DNA of 64,000 bases from Setoptus koraiensis (taxonomy: Eukaryota; Animalia; Arthropoda), in the NCBI GenBank assembly GCA_048013815.1, contig CM106586.1, positions 992,001-1,056,000 of the forward strand. Direction: 5' to 3'. Both the position numbers and the translations under genes were made by a program. Position 1 is the stretch's first letter. Each line of letters opens with the position of its first letter. Under the pieces are notes generated by a model that was not told where the DNA came from, made no database searches, and saw nothing but the letters and a program-made list of their open reading frames with translations. Below are positions 38,596 through 51,272 of this stretch, in pieces.

Positions 38596-39095
38596 NNNNN
38601 NNNNNNNNNNNNNNNNNNNNNNNNNNNNNNNNNNNNNNNNNNNNNNNNNNNNNNNNNNNNNNNNNNNNNNNNNNNNNNNNNNNNNNNNNNNNNNNNNNNN
38701 NNNNNNNNNNNNNNNNNNNNNNNNNNNNNNNNNNNNNNNNNNNNNNNNNNNNNNNNNNNNNNNNNNNNNNNNNNNNNNNNNNNNNNNNNNNNNNNNNNNN
38801 NNNNNNNNNNNNNNNNNNNNNNNNNNNNNNNNNNNNNNNNNNNNNNNNNNNNNNNNNNNNNNNNNNNNNNNNNNNNNNNNNNNNNNNNNNNNNNNNNNNN
38901 NNNNNNNNNNNNNNNNNNNNNNNNNNNNNNNNNNNNNNNNNNNNNNNNNNNNNNNNNNNNNNNNNNNNNNNNNNNNNNNNNNNNNNNNNNNNNNNNNNNN
39001 NNNNNNNNNNNNNNNNNNNNNNNNNNNNNNNNNNNNNNNNNNNNNNNNNNNNNNNNNNNNNNNNNNNNNNNNNNNNNNNNNNNNNNNNNNNNNNN
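38596..39095. other. Assembly gap (500 N)
   Basis: Exactly 500 N. Confidence 1.
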
Positions 39096-39404
39096 ACCTC
39101 CGAATTACTTAGCCGCAGGCCGGTTTTCAGACCTATCGCAGGTTCATCCCCGAGTGCAGCGAAGCTGAGATTCGTCAGCTTCCGGTCTTCCAAACCAATA
39201 AATATGCCGATATCTCGAGAACCGGAAGTCGCACCGAGCTGAAAATCATGCCATTGTATTCAGCGTCTTTCGGAACTCGAGGTAAAACCGGAACCGGAAG
39301 TTTCCGCACTCCCGGTCCACTTTTTCCGTTCTATTGAGTTAAAGATGAACCTTCACCGGAAGTTTCAACAGAATATGGGTGTGGCACTATTCGCTAGAAC
39401 GACT
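39096..39404 (+). mobile_element. GG-MITE right arm
   Basis: Ends GTGGCACTATTCGCTAGAACGACT (diverged TIR); CCGGAAGT motifs; part of it recurs at about 44110-44255. Confidence 0.65.
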
Positions 39405-39875
39405 ATATTTTCATTTGCAACTTTTGTCACCTAGTTTCACCTCTGCTGTGCTACTCGCGCCCAGTATAACTAAACGCATCACAAGTACTGGTAGGATTTA
39501 CTAGTTATTCTGAGTAGTTTCTGCTGTGCTGTAATCTTCTAGTTACAAGGCTTCCAGCTTCCCATGCACTAGATCCAAATTGTATACAGCTAGGCTCCTG
39601 CTGTGCTAAATGCATCTAGTGAGCATCTCAGCTTTGAGCGTGCTAATCGCGTCTAGTTAGTGTCTAGCGCGCATGGCATTCTATGTGTTTAATTTAACTA
39701 ATCAACATTGTAACTTTGGGTGTTCTAAATTTATCCAGTTTATTCCGCATGGTACAGCTTTTACCATGCTATTCTTCTCTAGCTAAAAACTGCACTGATT
39801 TGTTCTACTCACGTGAATAAACTTAGCACCCAGAACCATCCCAATAGCTACTTACTTAAAATTGAGCGCTAAAAA
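39405..39875 (-). mobile_element. HINE-like 5' portion (diverged)
   Basis: CTTACTTAAAATTGAGCGCTAAAAA terminus and family-1 internal sequence; an internal part recurs at 41330-41530. Confidence 0.75.
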
Positions 39876-40380
39876 CGTCGATAATTTGTTAGAAGAGGGT
39901 GTAATTGGACAGTTGCATTCTCCCTTTAACAATATCATTCTACTAGTTCGAAAGCGTGATGGCCCGATACGCTGCTGTATTGATTTTCGGGCCATAAACG
40001 AGAGAAGAAGAAAATGGGCATTCCCACCCCCGAGGCAAGAAGACGTCTGGGAGGTGCTAATAGGCTCAAAATTTATTACCACATTTGATTGCGACCAGGG
40101 GTATCATCAGATCGAGTTGGAAGAGTCGTCGAAGAAGCTAACTGCGTTCCCGACAATAGAAGATCATTTCGAGTACGTGGTAATGCCTTCTGGCCTCTGT
40201 TATGCGGCCCATACCTTCCCACGCATGACAAATACAGCCCTGAAGGCGGCCATTGGCACGATATGCTACGTGTATATGGACGATATAGTGGTATTCTCAA
40301 AAACATTTGAAAAACATATCAAGGACCTCAAAGAAGTGATTAATAACACATAGCGTGAAGCAATCAACTGCCCAAGGTCC
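39876..40380 (+). pseudogene. Ty3/gypsy RT fragment
   Basis: LVRKRDGPIRCCIDFRAIN, GYHQI, YVYMDDIVVFS; begins at a HINE terminus. Confidence 0.93.
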
Positions 40381-41525
40381 GAAAGCGTCTGTGCAGCGCA
40401 CAAGCATAGAGCACACACTGCGCGCAATGTGTGTGCGGTGCGTGTGCGGGGAGTGCGGGAGTGCGGTGTGCGGCGTGTGCCGGAAGCGCTCCAACTCGAC
40501 CCTTCCACGCTTCTAAATTAACACATTTATTAATTTATAAATTAATGAATTTTTTAAATAATAATTAAATAACAAAAGTAATAACAATAACAACAACAAC
40601 AACTACAGCAACAAATACAGCAACTGCACCAATACCAGCCACAACAGTAACTACAGCACCAAAAACAGCAACTGCACCGACACCAGCCATACCAATGGCA
40701 TCGGTAAGTTTTTTCTCGGTGTGCGTGTAGTGTTGGGGACTGCCGATGGTACATGCAATCGAAGTCAGATGCAGGACAGATTACACACGTCGCTCATGCA
40801 CTTGCTATCAGTCCAAGACACGATAAAGAAGCGACTTATCGGAATAGGAGATGCCATGGAAGTAGCCGAACAGGAAGCATCTTCTTCTACGACTCTCACG
40901 ATTTTGGTTATTCTAGTGAGTGTCATGATAGGTGCTACCATCCGCTATTCTAACATCCTTTACTCGTAATATTGTGATTTCAGAACATGTTCTGACCACT
41001 AAATTTTCGCGAAAATTCGCACAGATATCTGATAAAATGCTAGTGTTAATCTGTGCAAGTTTGATCAGAAGTTTATTCACCGTTGTTGCAGCATTGTAAA
41101 TATCCGGATGCCTCAGTCCATGTGAATATTGTGATTTCCGAACATGTTCTCACCATTACGATTCTGTTACAATTTACACAGATCACAAATATACCTCTTG
41201 TTAATTTCTTGTATTGGTATCAATTCTTCTGCTACGCTCAATTCATCTGGTGAACATCTCACCCTCAGATAGAATATTCATCTAATGATTAGATCGCACG
41301 CAACCTGCCTTGAGTGGTAATCGTTCATATTCATTTGCAACTTCTGTCACCTAGTTTAACCGCTACTGTGCTACTCACGCCCAGTATTACCAAGCGTATC
41401 ATGAATCCTGGAAGGAGTTACTAGTTAGATTGAGTAGGTTCTGCTGTGCTGTTACCTTCTAGTTACAACGCTTCTATCTTCCCGTGCGGCAGGTCCGAAT
41501 TGTGCACAGCTTGGCTTCCTCTGTG

Positions 41526-42045
41526 CTAAATTAATCTAAAAACTATCAGAAGTCTAGGGGCCGAACTACAACTCGCCACTCCTCCATGGTCTGCGATTGT
41601 CCAGCGGTTGGTCATTCTGATGCTTCTGGTATTCGGAATTGGAATTACGGCTGTAACGACCGTTTCGTTGGTGTTTATTACTGTGTGTGTTACTGTTGTT
41701 GCCATTTTTCTGGTCACCACCGCGGTAGTTGTTGCGTCGCTCGTTACCTCTAAATCCGCCTCTGCTCGGTGCTCTCCTTTTGCCACCATTAAATCTTTGT
41801 TGGTTGAAATTACGATTGTTGTGTGGTTTAACGTCAGCATTTTTCGGCGTGGGCGTTTTCGAGCTATGTGCCCTCTGCAGCCGCAGTTGAAACAGTTGTT
41901 CGAGCTAGCGCTTGAGTGCCCTGCTGTTGCAACTACGTTGACGTTTGTAGTAGCTTTCCCCTTTCTCCAGTTACCTTCTTCAATCATGGTGCATGTCTCT
42001 ACTAGTGCTTGAAATGTTTTGGGGTTGGCCTGCGTTAAGTTAGGC
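41526..42045 (-). pseudogene. Retrotransposon gag fragment with degenerate zinc knuckle
   Basis: ANPKTFQALVETCTMIEE then CFNCGCRGHIARKR (CX2CX4HX4C with last Cys lost). Confidence 0.65.
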
Positions 42046-42908
42046 TCGAATGCACTCAGAATTCAGCACGTATTGGTTGCCATCTACTCATTTACAAAAT
42101 TCGTTATGGCAGCACCGACAATATCTACATCTTCAGAGGAAGAGGTCAAGTTCATAATAAACAACACCATTGATCATTGATACAATCTCTTGCGTGATTC
42201 AAAGCAAAAACTTCGTTAGGGTTATCAGGAGAATAGTCTCGTACCCTAACAAGTGACTCTTATATCAATTCGACGGCTAGTCTTTTGTCTACACGCATAG
42301 TGTGAATTATTGAAGGATCAGGATGATATATCAAAATTACAGTATACGATGATTCAGCTGATTATAATTGAATGATTGGCATCTGCCTGGGCTCAGTATT
42401 GCAATCAAAGGTTGCAATGATATTTTGAAACTTGCGTGCAGTTACCCGGGTGCGCGTATCGCAGGTGGGTGTGTACGGGAGCGGGGCGCTAGGGCGCGAC
42501 GCGGTGGCGCTACCGAAGAGGTGGGCACGGATGCCTGTTGAGCCCGGTTATTTTGCCGGAAACCCGACTCGGGCGGACCCGGGTCGGGTTCGGGTCCAGA
42601 TTTGAGCGACGCCCACGGATTCGGGTCGGTCCAATCTCTGGTCGGACATTCCTGGGACCCCACAAAATGGGGCCGAAGTTTTATTTAAAATTTTTTTTTG
42701 ACTTTCATTCGAGTCTCGTGAAAAATTATACCTTTTGTAGATGCAACTTCAGAGATCTATCCAACGATATCTAGAACGTGTCTCTTTGACATCGGACTAA
42801 GGCCACAGAGGTCTCGAAAGTTAAAGACAACAACGCCGCAGAGCGGCTGAACGTCAAACTAAAGGGTGATGCAATTGAAACATGAGACCAGTTTGATTCT
42901 GGAGACCC

Positions 42909-43402
42909 TAAATGCAAGTGGTCCTTTGGTGGTTCCTTCATTAGCATTCGGAGGGAAGAACACCTTCACTATCTCGTTGACCGTATATTTTTGGTTTTAA
43001 GGGAGAATGTCGTAAATTGTCTTGAACGCTGCGTTTTGCTGGCGTTCTCATGGAGATTGGGTCGCACGGGATTCTTCCTTTGCGACCAAAGAAAATCTCA
43101 TATGGAGTATACCCTGTCGACGAATGTACAGTTGTGTTTATACTTAGCGTCACGCAAGGAAGACAGTCTTCACAGCTGTTTTGGTCCTTTCTGTCAATCA
43201 TAATAGCTAATTTGTCTTTCATAGTCTGTATTACCCTCTACGCCATCGGGTTGCCCTCATGATGGTACAGAGTAAAGTGGATCAAGGACGTTGTTAGAAG
43301 AGCACACAAGTCTTTTATCTTTTTCGAAATGAAGCAGCTACCATTATCTGATATGAACTTGTCCGGCGCTCCAAATGTGCCGATGGATACGATTCCATAA
43401 TC
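42909..43402 (-). pseudogene. Ty3/gypsy integrase core fragment with in-frame stop
   Basis: FGAPDKFISDNGSCF, YHHEGN, INTTVHSSTGYTPYEIFFGR; ends at a MITE terminus. Confidence 0.9.
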
Positions 43403-43915
43403 GGGTGTTGTAGCGAATAGTGTCACACTCAGATTTCCACCAAAGTTCACACATGGGGCCCTTAGGGCCCCTTAACAACAAATTCGCCAGTCCGAAAATG
43501 CGGAAACTTCCGGTTTCGGTTTTACACAAAATTCAAGCTAGAGCCATGAAACTTGATATGCAGCAGGATATAAACATTTTGAGTACAATGAAGTTCGTTT
43601 TCACGAGCGTGCGGCTTCCGGTTCCGGAGATATTCAGAAAAAACCGCGCGGGTATCCCGCTCGGGACGAAGCATCCGCGCGCACGAGTCAATACGTGCGC
43701 CTTGAATCATGTTCCGAGGCTTTCAATATTTATTCTTGTCTCCTACTCTCTTCTATGGTTTGCAGTCATGTGAGCGGAAGGCTGAGGGCGAAGCCCGAAA
43801 CCCGAAGCGCTCATCAACCCTACCCGAAGGGTTCCCGTCGCACGGAGTCGTCGCGGGAGCGACGACGGAGATGTGACGGCCTCCAAATTACGAGGCCGCA
43901 GGCCGAGTTCTCAGA
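43403..43915 (+). mobile_element. GG-MITE left arm including the 160-bp core (43756-43915, reverse)
   Basis: Starts GGGTGTTGTAGCGAATAGTGTCAC; similar to the reverse complement of 52918-53337. Confidence 0.75.
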
Positions 43916-44765
43916 TATAGACTCATTCATTTGAAATGAATCAGTCGCTATGTCCAGGCAAACACCCATAGATGCACGCGCCGCACTGACCGCGCTCCTC
44001 TAATGTTTGCCCTTAGTTCCAGGCGAAGACCTGGTCCAACCACCCGTTAACGCCCTCGCCACGGGCTATATGAAGTTCTTGGAGGGAGTAATTGAAGGCA
44101 GAATTAACCCATCGCAGGTTCATCGCCGAGTGCAGCGAAGCTGAAATTCGTCAACTTCCGGTCTTCCAAACCAATAAATATGCCGATATCTCGAGAACCA
44201 GAAGTGGCACCGAGCTGAAAATTATGCGATCATGTTTGGCGTCTTCTAGAACGCTAGTATGGCTGATTAGCAAAGCCCATGTACTGCTCATACGCGAACG
44301 AGACGTTGACGCTAGGTTTCGAAACCCACAAGATCGTCAGCAAGACTATCATTTTAAAAACGAACGCTTTCAAGCACCTTGTGGGAGGGAGCGGAAACAG
44401 GTGCCTCCGAGAGTGGCAGGGCCCTTCCTACGTGTTGTGCAACAGCACAGCGAAGTGCCATAAGACGTTAACATTGGACGACAATAAGCACCTCGTGCGA
44501 GACGGCGCAAGACCTGCCGGCTTAAGAGAAGCTATGGCGCACGACCTTCTGCACTAATTTTTCAGAGAATAAGCTACCATCACAGATGTGGGTCATAAAT
44601 ACCGAGGGATTCAACCACATTTACTGTCACACGCAGACAATATAGTTCTCAGGTAGAGGAATGTGCGCATGCCCGGACTTCGTGTTCAGGCTGCTCGACG
44701 ACGAACCGTTTCAAGTCGATGGTTATAGATACACGGTGGACAACATCCAAATAACCAACCTAGCT

Positions 44766-44809
44766 AAAAATTAAGCGCTCGAGATACTGATAGAATCAGT
44801 ATCTTTTGT
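44766..44809 (+). mobile_element. HINE-like 3' terminus
   Basis: AAAAATTAAGCGCTCGAGATACTGATAGAATCAGTATCTTTTGT. Confidence 0.85.
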
Positions 44810-45580
44810 CTCAACACTCTCCCTCGTATGTATGCTTTGTGATGTTGTAGGTAGGTCAATTTTTGATCGTCAGGTGTGTTCTCCTCCTAGTTTTGCATGA
44901 AGATCGAACTCTTTCTTACTATTCTTCCATCCAGAGTCAACTTTTGTTGTAATAGCACTCATCGACAATAAATTCTCAGCTTTTCCAGGGACGTAAAGTA
45001 CCTGTTCTAAACAAATATTGTAGGTGGTGCCAGCTGCTTGGCTTTTGAACTGTATCATGCCGTGTCCTACTGCATCAATACGATCGTTATTACCTACTAC
45101 TATGCGTCTTGGTTTGGTGAAGCTCTGGAAATTATCAAAGAGACCCCAAGAGCCGCACATGTGGCTCGAAGCTCCGGAGTCCGCATACCATCTATTCTTA
45201 TTGGTTTGGCCGACGGCGGCCATAAACGTGAAATTTTGTTCGTCGCGATGAGTTGACTCCTCGTTGTTCTGCATTCGGATTCGACATTCACGGGCCCAAT
45301 GGCCTTTCTTGCCGCAATGGTGACAGTTTGAGTTTGCCTTTATTTTTCGTAATTGTTCAGTCTCTGGCTTATCTTGTGATTTTGCACGATCATATGATCT
45401 CTGCTTATCAGAATGCTTGAACTTTTCATTATTTTTGTGCTCTGACTAATGGCATCGCTAGAGTTGACATCGTCCGAGCAAATGCCAGCAGCAAATCTAT
45501 TCACGATGCCGAGCATGACAATAAATCCTACAATATCAACGACATTGTGAAAGTCTACTTTCCACCCAAATCAATTAGGG
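44810..45580 (-). pseudogene. Ty1/copia gag-protease fragment
   Basis: CHHCGKKGHWAREC zinc knuckle, WYADSGASSHM protease motif, VLYVPG..NLLS. Confidence 0.92.
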
Positions 45581-45582
45581 TC

Positions 45583-46182
45583 TCTCAATTCCCGTGTTAA
45601 AGTATCTAAACATTTCACATGTAAACCCTATGGAGATTTGAGTCTCTCAATTTCTGTGTTAAAGTATCTAAACATTACACATGTTAACTCTATGAAGATT
45701 TGAGTCTCTCAAATCCTGTGTCAAAGTTTCCAAGAAAAAAGGATTGAAAAATTCATTCGAAAGCCACCAAATTCGCACTGTCGAACAGTCTATCTATGGC
45801 TATCTAGTGTGCGAAAATTGGCAATTTTATCTTGACAAACTTGGAAACTGTGGCTTATTTTCGAAAATAAAATAGTGCATGAAAATGCGGATGCATCATA
45901 GCGATTAAGTATCGTTCAAGTATGGATGCGAGTATGTGATAACATGTCGGAGTTGAACATCTATGCCTGTCGAATCAGAGTAGCCGAAAAGATGACATAA
46001 TAAATACAAGTTCTTCAAATTCCTATCACAACGTGATACACATGTTGACCGACTACTCTGATCTGACAGGCATAGATGTTCATCTCTGACATGGTGTCAC
46101 AAACTCGCATCCATATTCCAACGATACTCGTCTATCAAAAAAATTAAGCGCTCGAGATACTGACGGAATCAGTATTACTTGT
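45583..46182 (+). mobile_element. HINE-like family-2 3' portion (empty-site copy for the MITE-A insertion)
   Basis: 62-bp repeats, then 3' terminus at 46137-46182; single CACATGTT near 46039. Confidence 0.85.
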
Positions 46183-46213
46183 ATGTATCAGACCAGTTTG
46201 ATTCTGGAGACCC

Positions 46214-46601
46214 GACGTTGGCTAGTAGCTCACTAGCTTCGCTGTCTTCGCCGTATGCCTCTCTGTAATCTACTAGCGGTACCAACAGGAAACAAAACTT
46301 GTTATCGTCCAGACTGTCCTTGTAGCCGCTCTGTGGAAGCCGCGACAAGCAGTCTGCCTCGCAGTGCTGCTGTCTCGATTGGTATTTTATATTTAGCTTG
46401 TACTCCGAGAGCGCGATTGCCCATCTGGCGAGTTTGCCGCTTTGGGTGTTCTAAATTTATCCAGTTTATTTCGCATAGTATAGCTTTCACCGTGCTATTC
46501 TTTTCTAGTTGAAAACTGCACTGATTTGTTCTACTCACGTGAATAAACGTATCCATAATCACCACACGAATAGCAACTTAATTAAAATTAAGCGCTAAAA
46601 A
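46214..46601 (-). mobile_element. HINE-like 5' portion
   Basis: Terminus at 46577-46601; duplicated at 60964-61351. Confidence 0.8.
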
Positions 46602-48077
46602 CCTGATGGATCAATCCGATTTTGTATTGATTATAGACGACTTAACTCTGTAACAAAAAAATGGGCCTTTCCTCTACCCAATCAAGAGGACATACTCAGT
46701 TCCTGCGGAGGAGCACGTTACATAACGACATTAGACATGAACAGTGCGTTCTGGCAGATACCCATGGATGAGAAGAGCACAGAATTGACAGCGTTTTCAA
46801 CTACAGACGCCCAATGTGAATATTTGTACATGCCTTTCGGCCTGGGTATTTTGGGTATTTCTGGGTAGTATATTGTACCCTGATACCCGAACAAGTATTC
46901 CGGAAGTGCGGAAATTCTTCGTTACCGAGATACCCGAGGTACCGCATACTGGGTATTTTAAGATATAAGAGGGCATATTGAGGGTAAAGTCGGCCGTACC
47001 TATCCGCTCGGACATTCGGTCAGATGCTGAGGTCCTCGCACCGAAGGAAAATCATTCCTAGAAGCCACAGGAAGCGAATGAAAGCGGTCAAACTGAAGAG
47101 GCGTGGCCAATGCGCGCGGCGCGGAGTAAAACTGCCCGCAGTTAGTGAGACCACCGACCGAGTCCGAGCACTACTGAAGATGATGAAAGCTGAATGAAGG
47201 CTTAGCCCTGACTTTTTCGACGCTTTCGACCTCGCGGACCGCGCAGACTCGGAACTCCGCTCGTACTGACCCCTATTCCGATCTTTACCGACTCGGCCTT
47301 CGGCCTCGCAAGCTTGCCTCGCTTCGGGTTTAGGGCTCCGCCCTCAACCCTCGCTCGAACCGACAACCCCGGCCTTCGGCCGAGTAATTGTCACACACCC
47401 GAACACCAGAAACAATGCGAATGCGTGCCAGGCTGAGTGCGGCTCGTGAGACGTCAGATGTGACTCGAACTGCGTGACCGGAAGTTGGTCCAACAGTGAA
47501 TGGTGGATATCTCCTGAGTGGATGATTGTAAACGGTGGTATCTGGACCTATTCGAAAATACCTAAATTTCCAGTCTGAGGCACTCCTGGAAAATGCTTTT
47601 CCCCGTATCTCCGGAAGTAGATATTTCCGCACTTCCGGACCTTCAAAAACGTTCTTTTGGGCCGCTTCGCGGCCCTTGTGTGGAGTTTGAAGGAAATCGG
47701 GCTTGGTTGTTGTTCGCTACTACACCCCAATAAGCAAGTTAAGAGAACCGAAAAACGTTGACGAGATAAGAAAAGTTTTGGGCCTTATAGGCTATTATAG
47801 GAAGTTTATTCATCGGTTCGCCGAACTAGCGGCGCCACTAACCGATCTCACAAGAGATGGAGAGAGATTCACGTGGGAACAAACCCTTGAAAATAGCTTT
47901 ACCGCACTTAAAAAAGCTCTGCTAGAAAGTAGAGCAATCTCATTTTATATCAGGAACAAACCGTTGATGATCAAAACCGACGCGTCGCGATTGGGTGCGG
48001 CAGGCCTCTTAATGCAACTACAAGATGGTCAGTGGCGAATCATCAACGCCACTAGCCGACGATTATCTAGCTCCCCT
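46602..48077 (+). pseudogene. Ty3/gypsy RT/RNase H fragments (46602-46842 and 47728-48077) interrupted by MITE-C, with the YxDD region deleted
   Basis: IRFCIDYRRLN..WQIPM..MPFGL, then LGLIGYYRKFI..KTDAS; duplicated at 61352-62827. Confidence 0.92.
46843..47727 (+). mobile_element. MITE-C copy lacking about 30 bp of the left TIR
   Basis: Right TIR GGGCTTGGTTGTTGTTCGCTACTACACCC; body matches 51273-52206 and 61593-62477. Confidence 0.85.
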
Positions 48078-48295
48078 GGTTGTTCTGTAAGATTTTTTCT
48101 CTTAGCAACTGGACAGATTGAGCAAGCTTATTTTGCGTGATTTCTTGCTCGTCCGAGACGTTTTGTAATTGTAAGAGAGCGTTCGTGGCAACCTGCTTGT
48201 CAGTATGCTCCCCAAAGATATTACTGTACATCAGGTAGACAGTAGCTGGGAGGGTTATGAATCTAGGCTCAACGTGAGTTCGGGGGCAAAAATTG

Positions 48296-49164
48296 GGTTG
48301 TTCTAGCGATTAGGTCCCCAACCGGATCTTGATGAAACTTCCGGTATAGGTCTATTTTGACCTAACTAAGACGAAAAAAGTGGTCCGGAAGCCAGGAAAC
48401 TTCCGGTTCCGGTTTTACATAAAGTTAAAGCTAGAGCTCTGAAATTCACTACAGAGACGTTTCAAGCTACGCTGAACACGATGACATAATTTTCAGCTCT
48501 GTGCGACTTCCGGTTTTCGAGATATAGAGATATTACTGGGGTTAGAATACCGGAAGTGACCAAATTATTGCTTCGCTGCGCTCAGGGATGCACATGCGGT
48601 GTGTCTGAGAACTCGGCCTGCGGCCTCGTATTCTGGAGGCCGTCACATCTCCGTCGTCGCTCCCGCGACGACTGCGTGCGACGGGAACCCTTCGGGTAGG
48701 GTTGATGAGCGCTTCGGGTATCGGGCTGCGCCCTCTACCCTCCGCTCACATGACTGCAATCCAAACACAGCTGCAGGCGGGAAGAGTGAACGAACCAACT
48801 AATTCGTTGATATTCAGGGTTAAAATGACCGAAACAGACATGGATACAGGGTGTTGCGCGCACGAGGCACAGGATGGGTCCGCTCATCGCGACCGAACAG
48901 GGCCCGGCCACACCCTTTTTTGCGTTAAACAGCTATATCTAGGTAACCGGAAGTGGCAGAAGATTAATTTTGATTTCATCGTGCTCCGCTAGGCGTCATC
49001 TATCCGATTATGAATTTTCAAAGCTCTATCTCAATCTTCAGGTAACTCCGGAACCGGAAGTTTCCTGGCTTCCGGTCTACTCATTCCATGATATGGGGCC
49101 CCTACGGAACCCATGTGTGAAGTTTCATCGAAATCTGAGTGGGGACCTAATCGCAAGAACACCC
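48296..49164 (+). mobile_element. MITE-A copy 2 (869 bp), preceded by another GG-MITE left end at 48078
   Basis: Full TIRs; flanks do not form a TSD. Confidence 0.92.
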
Positions 49165-49472
49165 TTCCTTTGTCTCTATTTTTCTCCAGGTGCCATCATC
49201 TGATACGCCGATATCGTTTGATCTGCTGAGTTCAATTTTCTCTGTAGCTGCTTCTTTCATACAATGAGTTGCCACTCTTCCAACTGACTGCATGATTTGT
49301 TGATTGTAGCCGATGTATGTCTTACGAGTAACTGGTGGTGGTAATGACATGACTGAGCAGAATTTTGACCCATTCCTAGCATTCGCATACCTAGAGCGGC
49401 TCGGATATTAACATCTTTTGCTCTCGAATTCGCTGATCTCTCTGAAGCATCAATGATGTCTACAGTTCTACA
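49165..49472 (-). pseudogene. DDE transposase fragment of the PF20700 (Mutator-like) type, frameshifted
   Basis: KDVNIRAALGMRMLGMG, then MSLPPPV..Y..CMKEAA.E..IGVSDDGTW; bounded by a MITE-A end and a HINE end. Confidence 0.7.
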
Positions 49473-51170
49473 TTTTTAGCGCTTAATTTTAATTAAGTAG
49501 CTATTGGGATGGGTCTGGGTGCTACGTTTATTCACGTGGGTAGAACAAATCAGTGCTTTTTTCAACTAGGAAAAAATAGCACGGTGAAAGCTGTACTGTG
49601 AGAAATAAACTAGATAAATTTAGAACACTCAAAGCTTACAATGTTGATTAGTTGAATTTAGCACATAGAATGCTATGCGCGTTCACTTACTAGACGCGAT
49701 TAGCACGCTCAAAGCTGAGATGCTAACTAGATGAATTTAGCTCAGCAGAAGGCTAGCTTTATACAATTCGGATTTAGTGCACTGGAAGCTAGAGGTGTTG
49801 GAACTAGGAGATTGTAGAACAGTAGATACTATTCAGAATAACTACTGCTTCTCAGCACTGTCAATGCTGATGTGGCTGAAACTAGACGAGTGTAGCACGC
49901 TCAATACTGAGATGTAAAATAGATGAACTCAGCACAGCAGGAGGCTAGCTGTGTACAATTCTGATTTAGTGCACGGGAAGCTAGATGCGTTGTAGCTAGA
50001 AGATAACAGCCATTCAAGGTATCTGAACGCTAACAATGTTATCTCTATGGAAATTTGACTTTGACGATTTTGACAAATTTTTTTTTGTTCCCTGTGTTAA
50101 AGTATCTAAACGTTAACAATGTTAACTCTATGGGAATTTGACTTTGACGATTTTGACAAAATTTTTTCTGTTCTCTGTGTTAAAGTATCTAAACGTTAAC
50201 AATGTTAACTCTATGGAGATTTGACAGAGTTCGATGGTCATATTTCGAACTTCGAACTTCGAACTTCGAAATTCGAGATTCGAAATTGAAAATTCGAATT
50301 TCCGATACTAGTTCCAGGTGCTTGTACAGAGTTTGATGGTTACAATTCGGAGTTCGGTGGTGACAATTCGGAGTTCTATGGTCAATGTTCGATGGTCACA
50401 TTTCGATCTTCAAAATTGAAAATTCGAATCTCCGATACTAGTTCCAGGTGCTCGTTCAGAGTTCGATGGTCACAATTCGAAGTTCGCTGGTGACAATTCG
50501 GAGTTCGATGGTCAATGTTCCATAGTCACATTTCGAACTTCGAAATTGAAAATTGAAAATTCGAATTTCCGATGACAGTTCCATCTGCTCGCTCGATGTT
50601 CGGTGGTCAGTGTTCGATGGCCAATGTTCGATGGTCACATTTCGAACTTCGAAATTGAAAATTCGAATTTCCGATACTAGTTCCAGGTGCTCGTTCAGAG
50701 TTCGGTGGTGACAATTCGAAGTTCGATGGTCACATTTCGAACTTCGAAATTCGAAATTAAAAATTCGAATTTCCGATGACAGTTCCATCTGCTCGCTCGA
50801 CGTTTGGTGGTCAGTGTTCGATGGTCAATGTTCGATGGTCATATTTCGAACTTCGAAATTCAAGATTGATGCACTATAACAAAGTCTGCGCCATTGACTA
50901 ATTGGTGTGTCTAACTTAATTACTCATTGCGGCGAAACTGACTATTAGAATCTTACTAAATTCCATACGCAAGCAATCGACATGTGTATCATGCTGCGAT
51001 AGAAATTTGGAGAACTTGTATTTATTCTGTCATCTTTTCGGCTACTCTGATCGACAGGCATAGATGTTTATCTCCGACATGTTGTCACATACTCGCATCT
51101 ATATTCCAACGATACTCGTCTATCCAAAAAATTAAGCGCTCGAGATACTGATAGAATCAGTATCACTTGT
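49473..51170 (+). mobile_element. Complete HINE-like (Helentron/DINE-1-type non-autonomous) element, about 1.7 kb
   Basis: 5' T-run, sub[16 protein letters not shown] and overlapping palindrome CTTAATT-TT-AATTAAG; internal 83-bp repeats and TTCGAA arrays; 3' AAAATTAAGCGCT, stem-loop GATACTGAT-AGA-ATCAGTATC, ACTTGT; no ORF and no TSD. Confidence 0.85.
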
Positions 51171-51272
51171 CGACAAGTCAATTTGATTTGAGATTTGAGC
51201 CCTACATGAGTTAGAGTAGATACATTTTTCACAAAATTACAATCTTCACAAACCGCTTGTGCAACAATATTC

